Source: Candidatus Poriferisodalis sp. (lineage in GTDB: Bacteria; Actinomycetota; Acidimicrobiia; Acidimicrobiales; Poriferisodalaceae). Taken from it: a stretch of 64,000 nucleotides of DNA. The stretch is from the NCBI RefSeq assembly GCF_965262965.1, contig NZ_OZ253573.1:954817-1018816 (forward strand), given 5' to 3'. The notes below the pieces were generated by a model. It searched no databases and was not told where the DNA came from. It worked only from the letters and a program-made list of their open reading frames with translations. This document shows positions 39,663 through 48,475 of the stretch, one piece after another. The position numbers were made by a program, and so were the translations under genes. Position 1 is the first letter of the stretch; each line of letters opens with the position of its first letter.

Positions 39663-41039
39663 ATGAGTCGTGGCGAGATGCATCTGAGTGCATTCATCCA
39701 GGCGTCGCCAAATCATCAGATCAAGGGGATGTGGAAACACCCTGCGGACGAGACGTCGTGGGGCTACCGGACTTTGAGCTGGTGGCAGGACCTCGTGCGC
39801 ACCCTGGAGAGGGGCTGCTTCGACGGGATCTTCTTCGCAGACGTCTTGGGCACATACGACGTCTACGGGGCGAGTCGCGAGGCTGCCTTGCGTGGTGCGG
39901 TCCAGATTCCCGGCATCGACCCCACCCTGCTGATCCCGGCGTTGGCGGCGTGCACCGAGAACCTCGGCTTCGCAGTGACTATGTCGACCAGCCACCACGC
40001 CCCCTACCACACGGCCCGGCTGTTCTCGACCCTCGACCACCTCACCGCAGGCCGTGTCGGCTGGAACATCGTGACCTCGTACCTGTCCGATGCCGAACGC
40101 CAGGGACTCGGCGAGATCCTGCCCCACGACGCTCGTTACGACCGGGCCGACGAGTACGTCGATGTCTGCCTGAAGCTGTGGGAACGCAGCTGGGAGGACG
40201 GCGCGATCGTCCTCGATGCCGAGGCCGACACGTTCACCGACCCGGCGAAGGTGCACGAGATCAACCATTCCGGTGATTGGTTCACCGTCGAAGGCCCCCA
40301 CATGGTCGAACCCTCCCCTCAGCGCACACCAGTGCTGTACCAGGCAGGAAACTCGGCGCGCGGTGTCGAGTTCGCTGCGAACACGGGAGAGGTCGTGTTC
40401 ATGTCTGTGCCAGGCAACGACCGGGGTGCCGCTGTTGTGGCATCGCTGCGCGAACATGCCGCGGCAGCCGGCCGAGATCCCGAACAGATCAGGGCCCTGC
40501 AGGTGGCGCGGGTCGTGGTCGCCGAGACCGATGCGCAAGCCCGGGCGATGCGCGACGAGTGGTCACGGTTGTTCTCCGTCGACGGCTACCTCGCTCTCTA
40601 CGGTGGCTGGACGGGCATCGACTTAGGCGGCCACCCGCCGGACACACCGATCGATGACATCGAAGCGAACGCGATCCGCACCCAGGTCGAGCGCTGGAAA
40701 CTGGAAGATCCCGAGAGGACCTGGACCGTCGGCGATGTCGCCCGACGGCTTTCGGAGACCGCCGGCGGGCTGGGATTTGTGGGTTCACCGGCCGCCGTTG
40801 CCGATCAGATGGAGGCGTTCATGGAGACCACCGGCGTCGACGGGTTCAACGTGACGACGGCTCCGGTCCCGTTGGGGTTCACCCAAGTGGTCGACTTGCT
40901 GGTGCCCGAGCTCCAGCGGCGTGGTCGATTCCGCACCAGCTACGAGGGCAGTACTTTCCGGGAGAACTTCTTCGGTGCCGGCCAGCGGCACCTGCACCCC
41001 ACCTACCCCCGTCCGAAACGCAACGAGATCAGCCCATGA
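39663..41039 (+). CDS. NtaA/SnaA/DszA-family LLM flavin monooxygenase
   Basis: 458 aa. HLSAFIQASPNHQIKGMWKHP...GRVGWNIVTSY... Confidence 0.85.
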   Translation: MSRGEMHLSAFIQASPNHQIKGMWKHPADETSWGYRTLSWWQDLVRTLERGCFDGIFFADVLGTYDVYGASREAALRGAVQIPGIDPTLLIPALAACTENLGFAVTMSTSHHAPYHTARLFSTLDHLTAGRVGWNIVTSYLSDAERQGLGEILPHDARYDRADEYVDVCLKLWERSWEDGAIVLDAEADTFTDPAKVHEINHSGDWFTVEGPHMVEPSPQRTPVLYQAGNSARGVEFAANTGEVVFMSVPGNDRGAAVVASLREHAAAAGRDPEQIRALQVARVVVAETDAQARAMRDEWSRLFSVDGYLALYGGWTGIDLGGHPPDTPIDDIEANAIRTQVERWKLEDPERTWTVGDVARRLSETAGGLGFVGSPAAVADQMEAFMETTGVDGFNVTTAPVPLGFTQVVDLLVPELQRRGRFRTSYEGSTFRENFFGAGQRHLHPTYPRPKRNEISP

Positions 41040-41701
41040 CGCCTGCCGCCAACTCGTCGATCGACTCAGCCCGCGTCCGGGCCCTCGTCGTCGAAGCCGT
41101 CACCCAATCGGCCGAACTCATCGACACCCCGGCCACAGCCGAGCTATGGGACCAGCCCTCGGCCCTCGAAGGCATGACGGTCGGAGCACTCTGCGCCCAC
41201 CTCGTACGCGCCGCCGGCGCGACGATCGCCTACCTGGACCGCACCCCACCCGACCGGCGCGCCGACGGCGACCTCCTCACCGCGGTCACCTACTTCCACG
41301 CCGCGGTCGACTCCCCCGTCCACGAACAGATCAAGGACGTCTCCGCATCCGAATCGGCCATCGGTCACCAAGCCACCGCAGACAAGTGCCGCCAACTGGC
41401 CGACGACCTGCAAACACGACTGGCTGACGAACCCGCCGACCGCCTCGTCGCCGCACTGGGAGGCCGACTCCTCACCCTCGACGATTTCTGCCGCACCAGG
41501 CTGATAGAAGTCCTCCTCCATCTCGACGACCTCGCCATCAGCACCGGCCAGACTCGCCCGACCACCGACCCACTCGGCCCAGCGATCATCATCGAGATCT
41601 GCATCGACATCGCCCGCAACCGCAACGGCGACTGGAACGTCCTCTACGCCCTGACCCGAGCAGAACGCTCAAGCGACCCCGCAGTATTCCCCGTCTTCTA
41701 A
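41036..41701 (+). CDS. DinB/maleylpyruvate-isomerase N-terminal-domain family protein
   Basis: 221 aa. Overlaps the upstream stop by 4 nt. MTVGALCAHLVRA and the helical-bundle pattern. Confidence 0.6.
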   Translation: MTPAANSSIDSARVRALVVEAVTQSAELIDTPATAELWDQPSALEGMTVGALCAHLVRAAGATIAYLDRTPPDRRADGDLLTAVTYFHAAVDSPVHEQIKDVSASESAIGHQATADKCRQLADDLQTRLADEPADRLVAALGGRLLTLDDFCRTRLIEVLLHLDDLAISTGQTRPTTDPLGPAIIIEICIDIARNRNGDWNVLYALTRAERSSDPAVFPVF

Positions 41702-41743
41702 TCCCCACCCCACAACGCACCCACCTGCGCTGAGCACCCCGTT

Positions 41744-42445
41744 GTGGTCACCAACATGCGCGGCGTGTACAACGACCACATCGCCACCCACGTGATGGCG
41801 TTCCTGCTCGCCTTCGCCCGAAGGTTGCCGCACTACGCACACGACCAGCGCAACCGGGAGTATCGACGTGGAATTGCCCCGGTCCTGCACCTTGCAGACT
41901 CGACCGTGCTGTTCATCGGCGCCGGCGGTGTCGCCCACCAGGCAGCCCACTACCTGCAGCCATGGGGGCCGAGAATCGTGGCCGTCGACGCCCGCCCCGA
42001 GACCACATCGGGCGGGGCGATCGACGCCGTGTTCGGCACCGACGACCTCGAAGCTCAGCTTCCGATGGCCGACGCAATCGTGATGACGGTTCCCCACACA
42101 CCCGACAGCGAGGGGATGCTGGGCCGTCGACAGTTCGCGCTGATGAAGCCCACGGCCGTGTTCATCAACATCGGGCGCGGCATGACCGTCGTGCTCGACG
42201 ATCTCGTCAACGCGCTGGAGGCCGGTGATCTCGCCGGCACAGGCCTCGACGTCTTCGACCAGGAGCCGCTGCCACCGGACCACCGGATCTGGGCACTGCC
42301 CAACGTGCTCATCACACCGCACGTGGCCATGGTCGGCCCCGACATCGACCAACGGCGATTCGACCTCATCGCCGACAACTGTCGTCGCCTGCTCGCCGAC
42401 GAACCGCTCCACTACGTCGTCGCCGACAAGATCCTCGGCTTCTAA
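41744..42445 (+). CDS. D-isomer-specific 2-hydroxyacid dehydrogenase, NAD-binding and C-terminal part only (N-terminal ~90 aa absent)
   Basis: 233 aa. VLFIGAGGVAHQ, INIGRG, GLDVFDQEPLP, ITPHVA. The reading frame is closed 15 codons upstream by the TAA of the preceding gene. Confidence 0.7.
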   Translation: MVTNMRGVYNDHIATHVMAFLLAFARRLPHYAHDQRNREYRRGIAPVLHLADSTVLFIGAGGVAHQAAHYLQPWGPRIVAVDARPETTSGGAIDAVFGTDDLEAQLPMADAIVMTVPHTPDSEGMLGRRQFALMKPTAVFINIGRGMTVVLDDLVNALEAGDLAGTGLDVFDQEPLPPDHRIWALPNVLITPHVAMVGPDIDQRRFDLIADNCRRLLADEPLHYVVADKILGF

Positions 42446-42561
42446 CCCGGACCGCAGTCAGACTCGCCCCGACCAGGGGCTTCCGGGCATCGAACGGGGA
42501 CACGAACCCGACATACATGGCCCCAAGGGACCCGAGACGCCGTCATGGCCCTGACATTGGA

Positions 42562-43978
42562 GGCTCTTCGCGTTTTAGGGTGGAGTGAGGGTGTCGAGGA
42601 GTGTCCAGTCGGGTTTGCCGGCGTAGAGGAGTGCTCGGATTCGGTAGTGCTCGAAGTTGGTGAGACCGGACGCGTTGCGTTTGATGAGCTTGGCGAGATT
42701 GTTCGCTGCCTCGGTGGGTCCGTTGGTGACGCGTGAGAGGTGCCAGTTGGCGATCTGGGTGCGCCAGCGTCCAAGGGTGCGGCCGAGCCTGTTCATCTCC
42801 GGGGACCAGGCGGGATCGCGCAGATCGAGGGCGAGCGCGTCGAGGGCTCGTCGGGCGAGGCGGTGGCTGGGGATCTGGTAGGTCTGGCGCAGGGTCTCTT
42901 TGGCGTGCCAGGCGTCTCGCAGCTCACCGCGGGGATCGCCGGCTGCGAGCAGGCCGCGCAGCTTCGCGTCGCTGTCTGTGCTGAGGCGTTCGTGGGCCAT
43001 GGTGAGCGGCTTGCGGACCCGGTACAGCGGGCCGTTTTTGGTGCCCCGCCCGCCGAGGGTGTCGTTCTGGACGCGGCGGCGCACCTCGTCGACCATCTGG
43101 TTGCCCAAGCGCACGACGTGGAACGGGTCCGCGACCTGGCGTGCGTGCGCCAGCGCGGTGTCGAACGCCTTGCGGTACGGACCTGACAGGTCCATCACCG
43201 CCCAGCGGACCGCCCGGCGCCACTGCGGCGTGCTTGCCTCCAGCCATTTGATCGCCGGATTGGCTGTGCGGCCTGCGACGATGTCGAGCAGGATCCCGCG
43301 GCGGGCGTCCACGATCGTGGTGCCCCACCGTTTGCGCCGGTACTTGCCGTGGCGCCACATCAAGATCTCGTCGAGCCCCAGCGCGGTGACGCCGTCGATG
43401 CGGCCGCGGTCCGCGGCGAGCAGCGCTGTTCCCCAGCGCCGCACTTCGCCCATCACGGTGTGCCAATTGCAGCCCAGCTCCGCGGCGATCTCTTTGACGG
43501 TGCGGCCCCGCCCCACCCGACGCGTCGCCCGGCGCGCTGCCCGCGACGTCAAACGCGCCCGCGGCGGCGCTATCTCTGGCGACTGCTCAGTAAACGTCCC
43601 CACCGCGCAGTCCCCATTCGGACAGCGCCAGCGGCGCTTTGCCAACACCAGCCGCACCGGCCGCCCGAACGACCCCAGGTCCACCAGCTCCGCACGCCTG
43701 ACGCCGCTCGACCACACAGACCCGCCGCAGGACCCGCACACCGGTCGCGGCGAACGAAGCCGCACCAGGACCCTCAACGGCCGGCCCGGCTCGTCGCCCA
43801 CCGACACCACTTCCACATCGGCGCCGAGTCCGACCAGCAGCTCATTGACACGCGTAGGGTCGCTCTCCACGGGGATCCTCCAGGACTCGGCGGCATAGAC
43901 ACCTCCGATTCTGGGGGATCCCCCGCGTTCACACCGGGACCCTCACACCACCAACTCCACCCTCAAACGCGAAGCGCC
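42562..43978 (-). mobile_element. ISL3-family insertion sequence without a recognisable target duplication
   Basis: Terminal repeats GGCTCTTCGCGTTTTAGGGTGG (42562-) and CCACCCTCAAACGCGAAGCGCC (-43978), about 19/22 matching. The flanking 8-mers differ (ACATTGGA and CCGTTTCC). Confidence 0.75.
42575..43870 (-). CDS. ISL3-family transposase
   Basis: 431 aa. Zinc-ribbon CGSCGG...CPNGDC, DEILMWRHGK..., DLSGPYRKA, NGPTEAANNLAKLIKR. Confidence 0.9.
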   Translation of the reverse strand: MESDPTRVNELLVGLGADVEVVSVGDEPGRPLRVLVRLRSPRPVCGSCGGSVWSSGVRRAELVDLGSFGRPVRLVLAKRRWRCPNGDCAVGTFTEQSPEIAPPRARLTSRAARRATRRVGRGRTVKEIAAELGCNWHTVMGEVRRWGTALLAADRGRIDGVTALGLDEILMWRHGKYRRKRWGTTIVDARRGILLDIVAGRTANPAIKWLEASTPQWRRAVRWAVMDLSGPYRKAFDTALAHARQVADPFHVVRLGNQMVDEVRRRVQNDTLGGRGTKNGPLYRVRKPLTMAHERLSTDSDAKLRGLLAAGDPRGELRDAWHAKETLRQTYQIPSHRLARRALDALALDLRDPAWSPEMNRLGRTLGRWRTQIANWHLSRVTNGPTEAANNLAKLIKRNASGLTNFEHYRIRALLYAGKPDWTLLDTLTPP

Positions 43979-44055
43979 CCGTTTCCGCTATCACGACGCA
44001 GCCGGGCACTCCGCCTGCTGGCAAGGACCAGAACCCGCTCTTCTGCGGCACCCGA

Positions 44056-44370
44056 CTACTCGGCGCCCACCGACAGTTCCGCCTGCCGCAGCACAAGCTG
44101 GGTAGCGCCTTCCGCCAGGTCTGGCGGATAGCCGTACTTGGCCAGCAGCCGGCGGTCGTTGCGACGCAGGTTCGCACGCACCGACTCACGCTCGGTCCAG
44201 TCGAGCTTTGGCATCGCCTTGACAATTTCGGTCAGCTCCCGCGCCATCAGCCTCAGTGCGTCGCTCTGCATGACTTCGATTGCCGACTCGTTGTCTGCGA
44301 GCGCATCGTAGAACGCGGTCTCTTCGGTCTCGACGAGGAACGGGAGCCGCTCGGTCCGATGCAGGCGCAT
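44056..44370 (-). pseudogene. C-terminal remnant of a type I restriction enzyme R subunit (HsdR, DUF3387 region)
   Basis: ...ETAFYDALADNESAIEVMQSDALRLMARELTEIVKAMPKLDWTERESVRANLRRNDRRLLAKYGYPPDLAEGATQLVLRQAE. No helicase or nuclease domains upstream. Confidence 0.7.
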
Positions 44371-44511
44371 GACGGCTGGCAGCCCGGCCGGAGTCGCAAT
44401 CAGAAGCGCTCCATGACTCAAGCGCGGAGATCGGAGACAGAGCCGTACTCGCACTCTTCCCTGTACAAGAGGGCGAACAGCAGCAAGAGATCCAAGACAA
44501 CGACGAACCGG

Positions 44512-44574
44512 CGCCGCCTACTCGCCGGCGAGCCGCTCCACTACGTTGTCGCGGACAAGATCCTCGGCTTCTGA
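44512..44574 (+). pseudogene. Orphan 3' end (about 20 codons) of a paralogous 2-hydroxyacid dehydrogenase
   Basis: ..RRLLAGEPLHYVVADKILGF* compares with ..RRLLADEPLHYVVADKILGF* at 42383-42445. About 57 bp with 6 mismatches. Confidence 0.6.
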
Positions 44575-44769
44575 CCACAGCCGCATCGCCTATGTCGATG
44601 CACTCGACGATAAAAAGGCCAGGATTGTGGCCATTGGAGCCCTGTCCCTCAGCAAGAAAACGGCCACTGGGCTCATCACGCCCCGCGACATACTGGCTCT
44701 CGCTCGACGCATCAGACTCCAGTGTTCCTCGTTTGAGGTACACTCGTGTGGCACGCAGGAGATCGCGCT

Positions 44770-45024
44770 ATGGCCAAGACCGAGATGATCCGAGCTCGGG
44801 TCGAACCGGATCTGAAGGTGCAAGCCGAGCGTGTCCTTCGCGAACTCGGATTGTCGGCCACTGAGGCGATCACTCTGTTCTACAAGCAAGTAGTCCTGCG
44901 GCAAGGCGTTCCGTTTGACGTCAGCATCCCGAACGCCGAAACCGTCGAAGCCCTGCGACAGGCCCGGGAGCCCGACGAGCTGACCGAGTACTCAAGCCTC
45001 GACGAACTCAAAGCCACGCTGTAG
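44770..45024 (+). CDS. dinJ: RelB/DinJ-family antitoxin
   Basis: MAKTEMIRARVEPDLKVQAERVLRELGLSATEAITLFYKQV is the canonical DinJ N-terminus. AGGAG lies upstream. Confidence 0.85.
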   Translation: MAKTEMIRARVEPDLKVQAERVLRELGLSATEAITLFYKQVVLRQGVPFDVSIPNAETVEALRQAREPDELTEYSSLDELKATL

Positions 45025-45030
45025 CCCGCA

Positions 45031-45297
45031 GTGACTCTGCGGACGACGAATCGCTTCGAAAGGGACCTCAAGCGCGTCAAGCGGCGCGGCAAGGACCTCA
45101 ACAAGCTGTGGGCCGTGCTGGAGATTCTCATGGCGGGCGACGAACTACATTCCCGTCACCGACCGCACCGCTTGTCGGGACAGTGGTCGGATTTCTGGGA
45201 ATGCCACATCGAGCCTGACTGGCTGCTGATCTGGGACCGCCAGGAACACGCGCTCGTGCTTGTCCGAACGGGCACACACAGCGATCTCTTTGGCTGA
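45031..45297 (+). CDS. yafQ: YafQ-family mRNA interferase toxin
   Basis: 88 aa. RFERDLKRVKRRGKDL...HRLSGQWSDFWECHIEPDWLLIW...RTGTHSDLF. Confidence 0.85.
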   Translation: MTLRTTNRFERDLKRVKRRGKDLNKLWAVLEILMAGDELHSRHRPHRLSGQWSDFWECHIEPDWLLIWDRQEHALVLVRTGTHSDLFG

Positions 45298-45313
45298 TCA
45301 CAGCCCACTACTA

Positions 45314-46484
45314 GTGTCTTGTTTGGCTAGTTCGGCGCGTTATCATGGTGGGGCGGCAGCGTGGCTGCGGCAGGCGATGATCGGAGGCGGACATGGGTGC
45401 ACGGCGGGGACGGCCGACGGTCGCGATCGTGCTGGACGGCGAGGAACGCGAGACGCTCGAGCGGTGGGCGCGGCGGCCCAAGTCGTCCCAGGCGCTGGCG
45501 CTGCGGTGCCGCATCGTGCTGGGCGCGGCCGAGGGCCGCCCCAACAAGGAGATCGCTGCGGGGCTGGGGTGCCATCCCGCGACGGTGTCCAAGTGGCGCC
45601 GCCGGTTCGCCGAGCGCCGCCTCGACGGGCTCTGCGACGACCCGCGGCCGGGCCCGCCGCGCACCATCGACGACGCCGCCGTCGAGAGGGTGATCGTGCT
45701 CACCCTGGAGAGCACGCCGGCGGACGCGACGCACTGGTCGGTGCGGTCGATGGCCAAAGCGGCGGGCATCTCGCCGTCGTCGGTGCATGCCATCTGGCAG
45801 GCGTTCGGGCTCAAGCCCCACCTCGCCGAGGAGTCCGAGCTGTCCCCGGACCCGCAGTTCATCGACAAGGTCCGCGACGTGGCCGGGCTGTACCTGAACC
45901 CCCCCGAGGCCGCGGTGGTGCTGTGCGTGGACGAAAAGACCCAGATACAGGCACTGGACCGCACCGCCCCGATCCTGCCGCTGATGCCCGGCACACCCCA
46001 GAGGCGCACCCACGACTACCGCCGCCACGGCACCACCGACCTGTTCGCGGCCCTCGACACCGCCTCGGGCAAGGTCATCACCTCGATGACGCCGCGGCAC
46101 CGCGCCGAGGAGTTCCGCAAGTTCTTGAACCTCATCGACAAAGAGATCCCGCAGCACCTCGACGTGCACATCGTGCTCGACAACGTCTCCACCCACAAAA
46201 CGCCCTCCATCAAGCGCTGGCTGCTGCGCCACCCCCGCTTCAAGCTCCACTTCACCCCCACCTACAGCTCCTGGATGAACCTCGTCGAGCGCTGGTTCTC
46301 CGAGCTGACCACCAAATGGCTCCGCCGCGGCACCCACACCAGCGTCACAGACCTCAAAGACTCCATCAACGCCTGGGTCGACAACTGGAACAACGACCCC
46401 AAACCCTTCATATGGCGCAAGACCGCCGACGAGATACTCGACAGCCTCGCCACATATATCCAACGAATTCCCCAAACAGGACAC
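45314..46484 (+). mobile_element. IS630-family insertion sequence flanked by TA
   Basis: Ends GTGTCTTGTTTGGCTAGTTC... and ...GAATTCCCCAAACAGGACAC (about 19/23 inverted match). TA on both sides (45312-45313 and 46485-46486). Confidence 0.75.
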
Positions 46485-46487
46485 TAG
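45393..46487 (+). CDS. IS630-family transposase
   Basis: 364 aa. HTH region, CVDEKTQIQALDR, IVLDNVSTHKT, TPTYSSWMNLVERWF. Confidence 0.9.
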   Translation: MGARRGRPTVAIVLDGEERETLERWARRPKSSQALALRCRIVLGAAEGRPNKEIAAGLGCHPATVSKWRRRFAERRLDGLCDDPRPGPPRTIDDAAVERVIVLTLESTPADATHWSVRSMAKAAGISPSSVHAIWQAFGLKPHLAEESELSPDPQFIDKVRDVAGLYLNPPEAAVVLCVDEKTQIQALDRTAPILPLMPGTPQRRTHDYRRHGTTDLFAALDTASGKVITSMTPRHRAEEFRKFLNLIDKEIPQHLDVHIVLDNVSTHKTPSIKRWLLRHPRFKLHFTPTYSSWMNLVERWFSELTTKWLRRGTHTSVTDLKDSINAWVDNWNNDPKPFIWRKTADEILDSLATYIQRIPQTGH

Positions 46488-48230
46488 GAGGGTGGTCGGC
46501 AATTGGGGTGTGGTGTGTGTTGTTTGTTGTGCGTGCGCGGTTGTCTGGTTGGTGGTTCGGGGTGGGTTGGGCGCGGGTGTTCTGCGTGATGATGCCCAGG
46601 CACATCGTCGGTCGGCCAGTGGGGCCCGGGGTCGCTGGTCGGGGCGGGTGTTCTGCCTGATGATGCCGAGGCGGCCGGCGCGGTCGAGGTTGAGGGCGGC
46701 GATGCGCAGGTCGAGCCACAGGTTGGCTTTGTCGAGGCCGCGCCAGGGGACGTTTTTGGTGCGGGACTTGATCTGGGCGATCTTGCGTTCGGCCTGGGAT
46801 CGCAGTCGGTATCTGGCGAGGAATTCGGGTTCGTGGCGTTGTGCTCTCGCGGGGGCGAGGAGTTCTTCATATGGGTTGATCTCGATGATGCGGCCGCCGT
46901 CGCGTGTGGTGCATCGCGCCTTGAGCTCGCATTGGGAGCAGTCCGTTGCCGCGAACCGCACCTGGCGCCGTTTGGCGCCGCGCGGCGGGATGGGTGCGGT
47001 GTTTGCCTGCGGGCAGGTGACCGTCGCTGCTTCGAGGTCGATGTCGAAGTCGGCTTTGGTGAGCATGCCTTCGCGGGCCGGGATCGGCGCGGCGGGCGCG
47101 ACGAGGTCGATGCCTCGGTCGGCCATCGCTCGGCGGGTGGGCCCGGATCCGTAGTGGGTGTCGGCGATGATCTCCGCGACCGGGACCGGGTCGGCGTCGA
47201 TGAGGTCACCGATCACAGCGGCGTCGTGGACGGTCGCGAGCGTCGCGGTCGCTGAGCAGATCAGGTCCGAGTCCACATCCGCGGACACGTGCAGCTTGTA
47301 GCCGTCGTAGCGGTCGGTGCGCGAACGGTGCCCGTGCCGGGCGTCGGGATCGACTGTGGAGACGACCCGGCCCGGGGCCACCCTTTGAGCTATCCGTGCT
47401 GTTTCGGCTCCGTCGTCGGCGGCGGCGATCTCGATGTCCTGGCCCGCCACGACCCTCAACAGCTCGACCGCTGCTGCCAGGCCGGGATCGTCGAAACGGG
47501 CGCAGAACCCGATGACGGTCTCGGCGTCGCCGAACAGCTCCGCGACCAAAGCAGCCCGCGCCCGGGGGTCTGCCCACATGACCTGCGGCTTGCCTTGCCG
47601 CCCGTAGTCGTCGCGCGACAACAGCCCGGCCAGCACCGCTGCGGCCCCGGCATCGGCGTCGAGCGCTGCCAGCGCCCCGAGGCACTTGCGGACCCCGGAC
47701 CTGATCAGCGTGATCGTGTCCTGGGTCAGCACGCAGTCCGCCACACCGGTCGAGTCCATCGTGCGGCGATGGCCGATCACCCCAGCGCGCTTGGCCGCGA
47801 TCTTGACACGATCCCCCAAAAACGACTCCATCCCGGCGCGCACCAGACGCGCCCGGAACTCCACCAGCACCACATGCGCGATCCCGCGATGCTCCAACGG
47901 CAGACCCAGCGCCGCTTTCCACGACATGTCGAACCGCGACCGCCGCTCAGCCTCACGGTCCGACACCCCATAGAACAACCCCAACAACAACAACGCCGCC
48001 ACCACCGACGGCGGATGCGACCGCCGACCACGGCCCGACGCATACAACGCATCAAAATCGGCATCACAGAACAACTCGCCCCGAGCCTGCCCCAACGTCG
48101 CCAAAAAACCCTCAGAGTCGAGCAGGCCGCCCACCATCACCCCGACATCGAAAATCGAACCCTGACCATCAGCCGAACCGCGCACCCCACCATCATCCGC
48201 GATCACGCCCCCCAACACCAGGACCCACAC
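46488..48230 (-). CDS. IS5/IS1182-type DDE transposase; no stop codon inside the element
   Basis: Upper part of ORF 45327..48230. InsH-like N-terminus (SHPPSVVAALLLLGLFYGVSDREAE), VDPDARHGHRS..YDGYKLHV and IIADTHYG. The frame runs out of the element into antisense IS630. Start uncertain (GTG 48230 or ATG 48137). Confidence 0.7.
46573..46667. repeat. Two 24-bp direct repeats GCGGGTGTTCTGC(G/C)TGATGATGCC, 71 bp apart, near the IS left end
   Basis: Read directly at 46573-46596 and 46644-46667, 23/24 identical. Confidence 0.8.
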
Positions 48231-48255
48231 CCGAACTTTCCGACCACCCTCCTAG

Positions 48256-48470
48256 AGGGAGCTCGTCGAGGACTTCAAGACGTTCAGGCCAGAATTGCCT
48301 CGCCATACCTTGAGACTCGAGGTGGTCGGTCAGGTCGCGCACGCTCGGGACCGACCCCGCATTGACGAGTGCCGCCAGGGGCAGATTCTTCCAGCCGCAA
48401 CTACATTGAGCCGAGGCGGGAAGCGAACGTGGCGTCACGTCAATTCGACTCAACAATTCCAAGGCACTGC
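48256..48470 (-). pseudogene. Possible C-terminal fragment of an AMP-dependent synthetase/ligase
   Basis: ..GWKNLPLAALVNAGSVPSVRDLTDHLESQGMARQFWPERLEVLDELPL resembles the segment preceding the final GK motif of acyl-CoA synthetases. Truncated at the IS junction. Weak. Confidence 0.35.
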
Positions 48471-48475
48471 GACGC

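Larger units (their letters stand above)
46488..48251 (-). mobile_element. IS5/IS1182-type insertion sequence inserted at the IS630 right junction; CTAG duplicated
   Basis: Ends GAGGGTGGTCGGCAATTGGGGTGTGG (46488-) and CCACACCCGAACTTTCCGACCACCCTC (-48251). CTAG lies immediately outside both ends (46484-46487 and 48252-48255). Confidence 0.7.

Noticed and set aside
42470-42545. T-loop-like motifs (GGGTTCGTGTCCCC, GTTCGATGCC on the minus strand) next to the ISL3 left end as a tRNA or att remnant
   Set aside because: I could not build a 5-bp T stem or an acceptor arm. There is no cloverleaf.
45327-46487. Lower part of the 967-aa minus-strand ORF 45327..48230
   Set aside because: It is antisense to the IS630 transposase. 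It exists only because the IS5/IS1182-type transposase frame has no stop before leaving its element.
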